Of a stretch of 64,000 bases of DNA, positions 42,501-51,816 are shown in pieces. The stretch is from Tubiluchus corallicola (lineage: Eukaryota > Animalia > Priapulida): positions 49,147 through 113,146 of the forward strand of contig JAQGDQ010000684.1 in NCBI GenBank assembly GCA_030141605.1. The letters are read 5' to 3'. The notes under the pieces were generated by a model. That model was not told the origin of the DNA. It saw nothing but the letters and a program-made list of their open reading frames with translations, and made no database searches. The position numbers were made by a program, and so were the translations under genes. Numbering within the stretch: position 1 is the stretch's first letter; each line of letters starts with the position of its first letter.

Positions 42501-45500
42501 CTGCAGTAAAATTACACGAAGCTCAGGTAAGTACTCCTTTCCGTTTTCACAAACAACGAAAAGAGAATTAAAAATTTCACTACTTACCTCAATGTTTCAC
42601 CTTTTTCTTTGGCATCATCTTGTTCTGGAAACTGCGGCAAAAATTTCTAAAAAAAATTATAAAACAATTCATAAGATAAACTCAAATTCAGAGAACCATT
42701 ATAATCCAATATGACTATTAAACACTTTAAATAAAAACAAAAAATCAGTCGTGTTTTACTAGGAGGGACGAGTGTGGGGTTCCTTCCATATTTACGCAAA
42801 ACCCTCCTCTGTTCAACACACAGGGAACATGTTTCTATTAGGAATTTTTTGCAATTTTCCTGGCCGGATCCTTAAAACATTTAATGAATAAGTTAGGCTT
42901 ATAATTGGAAAATGTTACCATACTGTAGAAATGTACAAAGTTGTTGCATATCCTAGATTTAAAAATAAAGATTCCTTATAAACAATTTTAGAAGGAAACC
43001 TAGCCACTGGGAGGGGGGCAAGCCAGCCCAACTCAGTGCCGGTCCCAAGTCCGGACAAATAGGGAGGGTCAGGGTCAGGAAGGGCATCCGCCTCCAAAAA
43101 CTGCGCCAAAAACCTTCTATGAATGAGTCGGTGAGACTTAAAGGTAAAGTCCGCAAAGAAGTGGTCAGACCCGCTCTAATCTATCGGCTGGAAGCAGCTT
43201 CTCTAAAGAAGACCGAAGAGAAGAAAATGGGTGTGGTGGAGATGAGGATGTTGAAGTGGATAGTGGGAATAACAAGAAGAGATAAAATTAGAAATAATAA
43301 TATCAAAGGAACAGTAAAAGTAGTGGAAGCCTCGCAAGATTGCGATGGTATGGACACCTGAAAAGAAGAGTCAGTGAAGATCTTGTGGGAAGGGAAGACA
43401 TAAATGAAGAGATGGTCAACAACAGGAATGCGTGGAGAAGACTCATTCACAACGGCGACCCCGAACAGGGAAAAGCTGAGAAGAAGAAGAGTCGGTGAAG
43501 GTCATGTGGGAAGGGAAGACATAAATGAAGAGATGGTCAACAACAGGAATGCGTGGAGAGGACTCATTCACAACGGCGACTCCGCAGAGGGAAAAGCTGG
43601 GAAGAAGATAAACAATTTCAGAAGGAACAATCCATAAAATGAACATTGAACAGGTTTCCACAATCAAAAACATTGTGTATGCAGTATACCATCAAATGCA
43701 CCCTTTGTTCTCCGGACAATACAAGATTCCACGTGTCCATACTGAAGACTTCAGCCATGACAGCGGCCTAAAAATGTTATGATAAAAAAGAAATAAAAAT
43801 TAAATTACTGGGTACGACACAAGGGTCTAGCTTAAGATAGTGATACAATGATTTTTTTTCAATTGACACAAAGTTTCTAATGCTAAATGCATGATTAGTG
43901 CAAGATATGTCTAGAAGCCATTTAGGAGAAGCCTGAACAACAAACTGGCTTCTTAGTGCTAGATTTTTGAGCATGCAACATGAATTCATATAGGTAAGAA
44001 CCTACAATTTGTGTGTGTGTGTGTGTGCGCGTGTGTGTGTGTGTGCATGTGTGTGTGTGTGTGCATGTGTGGAAACATAATTCTTTAAATTGGGCTTTAA
44101 TTTTTTATTATAATTTCTCAGAAAAGTTTTTGTACTTCTACAATAAAAGCTGTCGAAAAATTCGTGGATTTTAATAAACGAACAAGTACTGTACCTATAC
44201 TAAGTGATCAGACTACTAAAAAACTTGCATATGGTTAGAAAAGAAAACTATCGAAACAATACACAGAATAGTAAAATTCCTGCAGATAAAAATTATAAAC
44301 ATAATCTTAAGATAACAAAGTGTGAAGGCCACACATTGGTTACTAACAAACTATTGGATAGATTTCTTACTATGTCTTGATACAAGGTGGAATGCGATTC
44401 TCCACTGATAGACTAATATATACGTTTTTGCTTATAGTGTAAATTTCTGAGTCTGAAAAGACAGTGTGCCTCTGTGGTGCAGTGGTTAGCATAGCTGCGC
44501 GGAAAGCATAAGTTCCAAGTTCGAATCTCAGTGAACTACAAAATGTTTTGAGACTTTCTCATTTACTACAGTAAATCCTCGCTCGACAACATGACGTTTC
44601 GTTTCATTTGACACCCTTGTTCCACTTAGCAACACGATTTTTTACTTTACTCAAAGACATTTTTTATTTAACCAATAACATTTTTACCTAATTTAATACA
44701 TTAAAACAGTAGATATTGCATTACTCTGTTCGAAAAATGCATTAGTAACGTAAACAGCGTAACATATTGTAAATGTATGTGTTTTTGCTTCCCAACAGAC
44801 TACTAAATGATAGCCGAGTAGCCGTTTCGTCAAGCAAGATATGGGAGCAAACTTTATGGGAAGGAATTTTGCCTGCAACCTGTTATTATAGCAACCAGAC
44901 TACGGTAAAATTCCCAAGGTCGCCCTAGGGCTTGGCTTTGCAGTGTTTATTGTCTAACCACTGCCTAGACTTAAACGTTAACCAAAGAGAAATTGTTGGC
45001 TAGGTAAGTAAGATACACGGATATACATTTCAAGCAAGCAGAAAGAAATTAATCAGTAGAAGCATGAGTAAAACTCATAAAACATTTAATTTATATGATT
45101 TGAGCAGCATTGATTTTTGGTTCTGGAAAGTATCTCGGTTCTTTTACATTAGTTTCTACGAAAGTCTTGGCTTCACTTAACGACATTTCGCTCAACGTCA
45201 CGTTTTTCTGGAGCCCATTTGCGTCGTTAATCGAGGACTTACTGTATTTGTTTTAATGAGTTCATTGAATTAAATGCAATTTTACAAGTGCATATTAGCC
45301 TTAAAAAATTCCTATTAATATGTCTTAAAAATACAATTTGTTTGGATAGTGTATCAATAATTTTATTTATACCTCTTGCGCCAGTCCCTGTGGAATGAGA
45401 ACTTTTTCCCTTCCAAGTTTACACTTTTCAACGTTCGAGCAGCTGCCAGTCTCAAGGGGATTGTCATCTTCATCGTCATCATCGTCATCTTCATCATCGA

Positions 45501-45555
45501 TGTCGTCCACGTCTAAATCACGAGTGACCTCTTCTGTTTCTTCACCAGTATCCAT
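9719..45555 (-). CDS. NFRKB: Nuclear factor related to kappa-B-binding protein (INO80 complex subunit G), multi-exon
   Basis: Exons traced with GT-AG and matching phases: 45555-45373, 43767-43690, 42646-42588, 41645-41578, 40374-40247, 37003-36885, 35657-35393, 34157-34029, 32260-32097, 31282-31053, 29922-29666, 28817-28640, 27985-27882, 25839-25716, 25049-24982, 23900-23727, 22505-22410, 21974-21828, 20759-20588, 19923-19273, 17911-17732, (16625-16584?), 16457-16396, 15845-15749, 15264-15076, 13538-13449, 12381-12311, 11663-11553, 9892-9719. Peptides FLPQFPE, GHFSPKV..Y, ILKEVRDECG, VVGPVKG, REHSLL.SDRP.FVTILSLVRDAAARLPNG.GTR, VSGALDRLHYEKDPCVKYD..RKLWIYLHR match vertebrate NFRKB as I recall it. 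Start codon uncertain. Confidence 0.93.
12537..12729. repeat. Compound (TAA)n/(CAA)n microsatellite
   Basis: Direct observation. Confidence 0.95.
12902..13449 (-). repeat. 29-bp minisatellite (~19 copies) beginning at an NFRKB 5' splice site
   Basis: Minus-strand unit C|GTAAGTTGTYATAATGTCGTGTTCCAAT; the first copy is the real donor of exon 13538-13449. Confidence 0.92.
13449..13538 (-). CDS. NFRKB: NFRKB exon (GFALTPANLRAIQGMKVATVADPKQILTAK)
   Basis: TTTCGTAG acceptor, AAAC|GTAAGT donor, phase 1-1, fits neighbouring exons. Confidence 0.8.
14479..14972. mobile_element. hAT (Charlie-like) MITE, copy A
   Basis: TIR CAGGGGTGTGCAAATT / AATTTGCACACCCTTG; 8-bp TSD CTGTAAAT; inverted near-identical copy at 26358-26842. 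Confidence 0.92.
16588..17259. repeat. 113-bp tandem repeat, ~6 copies
   Basis: TGTCATTT starts at 16588, 16701, 16814, 16927, 17040, 17153. Confidence 0.95.
18445..19135. mobile_element. Dispersed repeat, possibly non-autonomous Helitron/Helentron-like
   Basis: ~18835-19100 is the reverse complement of ~28915-29185; GC-richer than its surroundings; class assignment tentative. Confidence 0.55.
19273..19923 (-). CDS. NFRKB: NFRKB large low-complexity exon (GKP-x-Q repeats)
   Basis: ORF 19262-19933 bounded by TAG acceptor and G|GTATGT donor; Q/P/G/T/V-rich like the NFRKB C-terminus. Confidence 0.85.
22810..23008. repeat. 21-bp (3x7) tandem repeat, ~9 copies
   Basis: Unit CCGTAATGCGTGAYGCACGAT. 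Confidence 0.92.
23010..23310 (-). mobile_element. LINE-like 3' end fragment (CR1/L2-type tail)
   Basis: Minus strand ends AATAAA(TTGA)n; second copy at ~49370-49725. Confidence 0.65.
23320..23475. repeat. Degenerate 7/14-bp repeat (CATTACGCACCATG-like)
   Basis: Reverse-complement relative of the 22810-23008 array. Confidence 0.8.
24643..24692 (-). pseudogene. tRNA-derived fragment (Thr-TGT-like) or SINE head
   Basis: TAGCTTAGTTGGTAGAGTA D-arm/A box, CCTGT-CTTGTAA-TCAGG anticodon arm; no T arm. Confidence 0.5.
25183..25445. repeat. Compound (GTAGT)n/(GTAGA)n pentanucleotide microsatellite
   Basis: Direct observation. Confidence 0.95.
25716..25839 (-). CDS. NFRKB: NFRKB exon (INTVVSGALDRLHYEKDPCVKYDGNRKLWIYLHR)
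   Basis: Highly conserved NFRKB peptide; canonical splice sites. Confidence 0.95.
26358..26842. mobile_element. hAT (Charlie-like) MITE, copy B (inverted)
   Basis: TIR CAGGGGTGTGCAAATT / AATTTGCACACTCCTG; 8-bp TSD TTCTACAG. Confidence 0.92.
27165..27735. repeat. Dispersed repeat fragments (two partial copies; related copy at ~22158-22365)
   Basis: Shared GTAAACAAAGTGAC..CCAACTAGCG..GCTTGTGAAATAATGTACTGGGTCCGTAA. Confidence 0.7.
27882..27985 (-). CDS. NFRKB: NFRKB exon (VRDAAARLPNGQGTRSDICELLKDSQFL)
   Basis: Conserved peptide; canonical splice sites. Confidence 0.95.
28640..28817 (-). CDS. NFRKB: NFRKB exon (ERLRYANPH...VVGPVKG...REHSLL..DRPAFVTILSL)
   Basis: Conserved peptide; canonical splice sites. 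Confidence 0.95.
28860..29190. mobile_element. Second (inverted) copy of the 18.4-19.1 kb dispersed repeat
   Basis: GAGGCTACAGCT..CGGCACCATTTGCG..CAAACGAAAGGTCTCGATCTAGTGTCG shared in reverse complement. Confidence 0.6.
29666..29922 (-). CDS. NFRKB: NFRKB exon (GPDPIFKDFVPYVDYKERAQCWQWIG...TDYVVRPTT)
   Basis: Winged-helix region peptide; phase-1 start matches the upstream exon. Confidence 0.9.
29891..30352 (-). repeat. 37-bp minisatellite (~12 copies) built from an NFRKB 3' splice site plus exon start
   Basis: Minus-strand unit TTTAG|GGCCYGATCCAATATTTAAAGATTTTGTACCG. Confidence 0.93.
31053..31282 (-). CDS. NFRKB: NFRKB winged-helix exon (CFFALLRDL...NWVELVTSALKFLAG)
   Basis: Resembles the NFRKB winged-helix domain; canonical splice sites. 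Confidence 0.9.
32446..32882. mobile_element. piggyBac-type MITE
   Basis: TTAA|CCCTTTCA...TGAAAGGG|TTAA ends; subterminal GTATCCCGTGGGATAC palindrome present twice. Confidence 0.8.
33293..33610. repeat. (CAT)n microsatellites with a ~65-bp local duplication
   Basis: Three CAT runs; ATGTGTTGATAAGATC..GGATGAAATTGATGTGAGTCAGATGTAATTAC occurs twice. Confidence 0.85.
35393..35657 (-). CDS. NFRKB: NFRKB exon (ILKEVRDECGEEDTSDDDE...)
   Basis: Matches NFRKB VLREVKEECG..SSDEE motif. Confidence 0.9.
36042..36640. repeat. 63/54-bp minisatellite, ~10 copies, intronic
   Basis: Unit TACTAATACACCACAAATAATTGTGCACCATA.CAATACACATAATT(AACAATGTAC). Confidence 0.9.
37111..37582. mobile_element. Tc1/mariner-pogo (Tigger-like) MITE
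   Basis: TA|CAGTCTAGCCTCGTT.TCTCGCC ... GGCGAGATAACGAGGCTAGACTG|TA. Confidence 0.88.
37990..40288 (-). repeat. 59-bp minisatellite (~39 copies) built from an NFRKB exon 3' end plus 5' splice site
   Basis: Minus-strand unit ACTATTCCAARTTACTCAAAGAGATTCTTGTTGCAAGACAG|GTGAGAAATGTGTATG..; occasional 57-bp variants. Confidence 0.95.
40247..40374 (-). CDS. NFRKB: NFRKB DEUBAD-domain exon (GHFSPKVAKY...HYSKLLKEILVARQ)
   Basis: Matches NFRKB GHFNPEVVKY...YFHRLLKQILASR; CAG|GTGAGA donor. Confidence 0.92.
42993..43608 (+). mobile_element. Internally deleted RTE-clade LINE fragment with duplicated 3' end
   Basis: ORF 43119-43361 (LKGKV..VVRPALIY..E...EMRMLKWI.G.TRRDKIRN..I) is typical of the RTE C-terminus; 5' GGAAGGGCATCCG motif; (GAA)n tail; last ~120 bp duplicated. 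Confidence 0.8.
44468..44540 (+). pseudogene. tRNA-derived SINE head or tRNA pseudogene
   Basis: A box TGGTGCAGTGGT, B box AGTTCGAATCT; acceptor stem does not pair. Confidence 0.55.
44569..45244. mobile_element. Tigger/pogo-like MITE
   Basis: TA|CAGTAAATCCTCG ... CGAGGACTTACTG|TA. Confidence 0.7.
45373..45555 (-). CDS. NFRKB: NFRKB first clear coding exon (MDTGEE...CKLGREKVLIPQGLAQE); exon begins at 45600
   Basis: Acidic N-terminus plus C-x-LG-x-x-V-x-I-P motif; the frame is open back to the acceptor, so the true start may lie upstream. Confidence 0.75.
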
Positions 45556-47079
45556 TTTTCCATTTGTAATCAAGTCTCGCGATTCATGTAACGCCAGGGC
45601 CTGTTAAAAATCAATAAATAAAATACGCATTGTAATAATAGGGCAGATACAGAATGCGAAATCGCTAAAAAAAATTCACTCTAAAATTTTAGTATGAAAA
45701 CCAAGAATCAGATTTGCTAGTGATAACCATAACACAAAGTTCTTAATAATAAATTCAATTCAAGCAACTTTTGCGCGTAATTCTTATGCAAAACTTGAAC
45801 AATTCATGCATTCGTAACATTAAAATGCTCTTGACCGTACAAATGCTCTTGACCGCACTGTGTAAAACAGGTAAACCCTGAAGTCAAAAAATCGCGTATG
45901 CAGTGCAGGACGTAATTAGAAGGAGCTTTAGAAATTTACACGCGTATAAAAGTAGAGAAGGGACATACATTCCTTCTATTATTGAAGTAAAGAGGTAATT
46001 TGTTCAGTCACGAATGATCCTATTAAGTGAAATAATTTTTGCAAAAAAAACAAAAGAGCATGTAGCATTGTAATTATGCGACACTGTATGGCCATTCTGG
46101 TAAAACCACAACAGCAAGGTACGCTACTTTCCACATCAAGAAAGAAAATTTGTGAGATTATGCTTAAACCTTATCTTGAATACTCTGCCCATTTCTTTGG
46201 CAAGAACTACAGTTTCCGTTTCCATTGATAGACTGAACAGTCAAGTAGTCTGCACGCGTTTCATTTCATTCATTTTTACTGATTATAATCATTGTGACAA
46301 ACCAATAACATATTTTTCCGTATAAACGTTTCAAAATTAGCAATGGGCATTTTAAATTTAGTGGAAGTCAGCATAGTTCAAAGCTGCAAGGCTATAACAT
46401 AACAAAGCTATAACAAGGTTATAAGGCATATACGTCAGATTTCAACTGATAACAGAGAATTTAAACTTTAGGTTTAATTATCACATCTCGTCTTATGACA
46501 GTGAACATGTACACCATTTTATGCAAACATGTCAGCTAATTGGAAAGTTTTGCTGCAATTTATTTATAGTCACTTTTTGTTCGAAATTCCAGAATACCAA
46601 CTTTTTTAAAATGTGTATTTTTCAAGTAAACGTGAATTTAATCCAAAAACACACTAAGACGTCAGCTGACAACAGAAGTAACAAAAAGAATTCAAAGACA
46701 CCTAAAATCTTACGAAATAAATACTAAGTTAGCTGCTTTACTGTCGAATTGATTTCATCACAATCGTTGATGAAATTACAGCAAAGCTGTTTGCATTTCA
46801 CAACCTGGAACAGACGTAGATAGGCTACTTTAACTCAATCACAATACAAAATAGATTATACTAGCCACAGAATTCGCGAAAGTTACACTTTGGACTTCGG
46901 AGCTAAATATTTCGAAACTTAGATTAATAATTCGAAGTAACGAGCACAAACTATCTACACAGTATCACTAAGTTTTAAAGAAGACAAAAAAATCGGCATT
47001 TTGCGTGAATGAGGCAATTAATTTAAATTATTTCCGCGATGATCAAAAGCCAACTGAATGTGTAAAACCTCCATTTTAC

Positions 47080-47220
47080 CTTGCGCTTCGAATACACTCG
47101 AAAAATATGGCGAATGTCGCGTATGCGCCTTGCTACACAAATATTTCAAACGCGATCCTTCTTCATTGCAGCTAAACGTGGGAACCATAATTATTGTTTG
47201 CGCCCTCTAGCCGGAAATAA
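47080..47220 (-). promoter_or_regulatory. Putative NFRKB promoter and non-coding first exon
   Basis: CpG-richer patch; CGCCATATTT (YY1-like) then AAG|GTAAAA donor at 47080; CCGGAAAT ETS-like site at ~47211. Confidence 0.5.
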
Positions 47221-47931
47221 AGAAAGAACCCAGCTAAGGTTTTTATCCGCGACGTGGTTTCTTGCCATTCATAGTTCGGATGGTTTGAAGGATAATGGAC
47301 CATTAATGGTTTGAACGTAGATTGACAATAATTTTAAAAATGTGAGCATTGACAAAAGGTAATGTAATTGAATTGAATTGAATTGATCTTAGCTGAGATC
47401 ACAGAATTGATCAGCTAGAGAAATGCTTTCAACAGAGCGTTTTTTGCAAAGTTTTCAGAGTAGTAGAAAAACCCATTATTATTATTATTATCATAAAATA
47501 ATAATAATAATAATAATAATAATATTAATAATAATAATAATAACAACAACAACAATAAGAATAATAATAATCATAACACGTACTCATTTTATGTACATCG
47601 TAAATGTTACGTTTGCACTTCACATTAATATAGTAGCAAGATTGTCAGGAGCACAAATGTAATACTTATATCTGCAACAATTTTCGCACATGTTTCCGGT
47701 TCTAAATTAAACAAATCATCTGTACAGTTATATTTTATTCACACTCTTTCCGTTACTCTGCACCTTGTCATTACATGTTCCCCATAAGGTACTTCATCTT
47801 CGCAACTATCACATAATATCTATGATAATGGTAACCGGAGCCATCATCTCCTTGTTTCAATTTTCTGGTTAAGTGCAAAGATTAATCAAACCCCCTAAAA
47901 TTAATACTGAGCGAATCAGTCACATTAGCAC

Positions 47932-48318
47932 TAGGGGTGAGCATCGAACATTCGAGTTCGAACATTCGAATCGAATTCGAACGAGTTTTTTAGTTCGAAC
48001 TCGATTCGAATCCAAAACTATAGATTCGAATAATTCAGCACTTCAATCACATATGTTCCTGATCACTAAAGCGATTGAAACAACATGCAATTAACATAAT
48101 TTAGTTGTTATTTCTGCGCACAACTTTAAGCAAATTACTAGTCGTTTTATTGCAGAACAAAATCTTGTGATATGCATGATCTTTGTAAGACTTATTTTTA
48201 CTGGTGGTTCGCAAACTAGTTCGAATTCGAAACAGTGAAGTTCGGTTCGATTCGAATTCGAAAGTCACAAATTCGGTTGGATTCGAATTCGCTTTCTGGT
48301 ATAGAATGCTCATCCCTA
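47932..48318. mobile_element. hAT-type MITE with TTCGAA subterminal repeats
   Basis: TIR TAGGGGTGAGCAT / ATGCTCATCCCTA; 8-bp TSD ATTAGCAC/ACTAGCAC (1 mismatch). Confidence 0.85.
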
Positions 48319-48640
48319 ACTAGCACTATATGCTTGTTGCTAAGAGATACACACGTTGCAAAATTTTTCATTCTGAGCATTGATCACCTTGCATCACATG
48401 GATATAATCAGAATTAGACATAATATACTGCTACCTTGAGGCGAATTTCTTTCTACTGGTTGTCCATTTATTACTGGTTTTATCGTTTTGAGATCCATTG
48501 GTTATGATCAGTTACTTGTTGCCTTGAAACGAACACAAACGATTGATTTGTCATTGATGGCCAGAACACAAAAACAGATGGCAAAGGTTCTTTCCTTTGC
48601 CTACGAGACAATAGTCTTTTAGTATCAAATATTTGCAACC

Positions 48641-48920
48641 ATGATCAGATACTTGGTATGTTTAATAGCCGCAATCGGTTCAGCGACATGTTTCCGATAT
48701 CAGAAGCAAGAAGCGAACAAGGTTATCAGAGAATCTATGTTTGAAACGGCTAATCTCGTCAACGCAGTGAAATGTGCTCACTTGTGTTCAATGAGAGGTT
48801 CAACTTGTGTTGGTTTCAATGTTGGACCAGCAGCTGAGGGCGTTACCTGTGAGCTCAGTGCTTGTGGTGTGGATGACAAAACTCCAACAAGGGTCAACAA
48901 TTTTGACTACTACGAGAGAG
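48641..48920 (+). CDS. PAN/apple + C-type lectin gene copy 1: intact exon 1 only (signal peptide + PAN/apple-like domain)
   Basis: MIRYLVCLIAAIGSATC..KCAHLC.....CVGFN......CELS..FDYYER G|GTAAAT, phase 1; no own exon 2. Confidence 0.7.
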
Positions 48921-49369
48921 GTAAATAAACAGTTAATTAACCTTTTATGACGTAATTTTACCTCACTTAATAGTTCCTATACCCTCTTGGAAAGATGGAA
49001 CGTATCACACAAATTTTCACTAGAAAATCTAGATTGTCTCTGATTTGCTTTGGAATCAAATCACTCACAAAGACAAAACTCCAACAATGGTTAACAATTT
49101 TGACTAAACAAGCAGTTCACGACAAGACAAACAACATAATTTTATTTATTTAATAAACACACAACTAATTTGTTAATTGATTATTGCAGTAATGCTAGTA
49201 AGTAAGTGATAAGAGTATACGAGTCCAGAAGCTGAAAAGGTTTCACAGTCAGTTTTCTATTAACGCTCCTAATAGCTTCTGCGCTGATACAGAATCTTGG
49301 AAAAGTGCAAAACTTGATTTCGTGAAAGTTCACCAAAAATTCTTGACAAAAATTATCGTTTTTTAGTTC

Positions 49370-49725
49370 CTCAATCAATTCATTTCACTCTAGCAATACA
49401 TATACAATACATCAACATACAATATTATTGAAACAAAAAGAAACAGTATAGGTAAAAAACGTTGATGAAGTCAAATTAACCAAATAAAAGAGTTGCTGTA
49501 TGACACCTTGAAAGCTTGGCTTGTTAAGGTGGCACAAATGAGTGAATGAAAGAATGGTTAGGGTTAGTAGACATGATGGAATGGAAAAAAATAGTGAGAT
49601 TGGTGATAGGAAGAAGGGAGGGGAGGATGAGTGAATGAAAGAATGGTTAGGGTGAGCAGACATGATGGAGTGGAAAAATAGTAAGATTAGGGATAGGAAG
49701 AAGGAAAAGAGGAGAAGAAACGACC
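49370..49725 (-). mobile_element. LINE-like 3' fragment, same family as 23010-23310
   Basis: Near-identical sequence with an internal ~60-bp duplication. Confidence 0.65.
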
Positions 49726-50510
49726 ACAGTGTATGTTTATACGACCTCTTAAAAAATCACTAGTAATTTATAAACTAAAAACTTCTTCAAGACGCACAAA
49801 AATGTATTTGAAAACATCACTGAGGCAAAGTAAAGAATGTATAGTTCTCAGTTACAAAATGTGACGATTTACCTGTATGTTCTACTAGGACAATTATGTA
49901 GCATAATAGGTAATTTTTGTTACGTAAGCTTGAGCTGTTCCTCTCTCACGAACGTGATGCGTCGTTTTCTGTTTCTTCTTGTGTGTTCGGTCGTTGGGCA
50001 TTTGTCATTAAAGGTGACGAGCATTTGGGGCATAAAGGAGCTTTTGTATATTATGGCAGAGTAATCGCCACACATCGATTTTTCTGTTCAGAGAGAATAT
50101 GAATGATTGTTATAGTACTTAACTCAGCACAATACAGTCTGAGTGCTAATAAAAGGTTATAATCTGTCAATAATAATGGCAGCGACATTACTGGTTGTCC
50201 ATTTATTACTGGTTTTATCATTTTGACATCCATTGCTTACTATGATCAGTGACTTGTTGCCTGGAAACTAACGCAAAACATCGTTTTGACATTCATAGGT
50301 TACTATGATCAGTGACTTGTTGACTGGAAACTAATACAAAAGATTGGTTTGTCATTGATAGCCGGAAGGGAAAGACAGACGATAAAGGTACTTTCGTTTG
50401 CCAAAGGCCTTTCCAGCGTTCACCCAGTATCGCTACTCATGCTGCTTGAGCAATTCAATTTTAATCTCAACAAAAGAGTAGGACATACCAAACTAAGAAT
50501 ATTTGCAACC

Positions 50511-51816
50511 ATGATCAGGTACTTGGTGTGTTTAATAACCGCAACAGGTTCAGAGACATGTTTTCGATATCAGAAGCAAAAAGCGAACAAGGTTATCAGA
50601 GAATGTATGTTTGAAACGGCTAATCTCGTCAGTGAAGTGAAATGTGCTCACTTGTGTTCAATGAGAGGTTCAACTTGTGTTGGTTTCAATGTTGGACCAG
50701 CAGGTGATGGTGTTACCTGTGAGCTCAGTGCTTGTGGTATGGATGAAAAACTCCAACAACAGTCAACAATTTTGACTACTACGAGAGAGGTAAATAAACA
50801 GTTAATTAACCTTTTATGACGTAATTTTGCCTCGCTAAATAGTTCTTATACCATCTTGGAAAGATGGAACGTATCGCACAAATTTTCACTAGAAAATCTA
50901 AATTTTCTCTGATTTGCTTTGGAATCAAATCACTCACAAAGAAATATATGACTCAATTAACACGTTGCCTAAACACTTGCCTAGCAAGTAGATTTAAAAT
51001 GATCCAAAATGATTTCTTTTTGTAGTTGACAGCGGAATGGTGGTGACAATAAAACTTGCAAGTGCAATAAAATCCACAATGATATTACAATGATAATGGT
51101 AATGATAAAGACAATAACCATTACAATGACAATAAAGGTAGTGACAATAGCAAGGGTAACAACAGTCACACTGAACATGACACTGACGTGATGATGACAT
51201 AGATGATGACGACAATGATATAAAAATGACGATGCGACGACGACGATGACGATGATGACGACGATGACGATGACGACGATGATGATGATGATGATGACAA
51301 CAATGACGACGATGATGACGATGAAGATGATGAAAACACGGCATAGTTAATGATATTTGTCAACTGTGATATTAGTACACTGATCGATCATTGTCATTTT
51401 CTCTTCTCTTTGCAGTTAACATTGGAAGATGCCCGGAGGAGTTTGAAGAATTTGGAGGAGCCTGCTACTTCTTTAGTTCTGATAAGGCGACTAACTGGGA
51501 CACGGCACGTGAAGAGTGCATTAGCAAAGGGGCAGATCTTGTAAGCGTTGAGTCACTGGCAGAATTCACATACTTGAATGGCACGATTACAGATCTTGGT
51601 GTTTCCTTCTGGACGAGTGGAAGCGATGAATCTGAAGAAGGAACGTGGGTTTGGGAGGCCACAGGAAGATTGGCTAATGAGTTCATCCCCATTGCATGGA
51701 ATCAGGGTCAACCGAACAACACTAACCTTGAAAACTACATGTTATTTCTACCAGGTGGATATGACGATGTCCTATATCAAAAAAATAGACGTTTCATTTG
51801 TGAGACAACACTGTAA
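50511..51816 (+). pseudogene. PAN-C-type lectin copy 2 (exons 50511-50789, 51416-51816); 1-bp deletion in exon 1
   Basis: Exon 1 is 279 rather than 280 bp (one base missing at the A-run near 50746-50750; could be a sequencing error); CTL exon intact with QPN. Confidence 0.75.
51416..51816 (+). CDS. C-type lectin domain exon (copy 2)
   Basis: CP..F..FGGACYFFS...NW..AR..C...GADL...FWTSG.D...EG.WVW..QPN..FICE; TTTGCAG acceptor. Confidence 0.85.

Noticed and set aside
44468-44540. Functional tRNA gene
   Set aside because: Acceptor and anticodon stems do not pair properly; treated as SINE or pseudogene
46171-46206. Possible upstream NFRKB coding exon (MGRVFKI)
   Set aside because: Ends in phase 2 while exon 45600 is phase 0; weak donor
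50981-51363. His/Arg-rich and poly-Ser ORFs (also ~53.9, 56.5 and 59.3 kb)
   Set aside because: (GAT/GAC)n microsatellite inside the lectin intron, with length varying between copies
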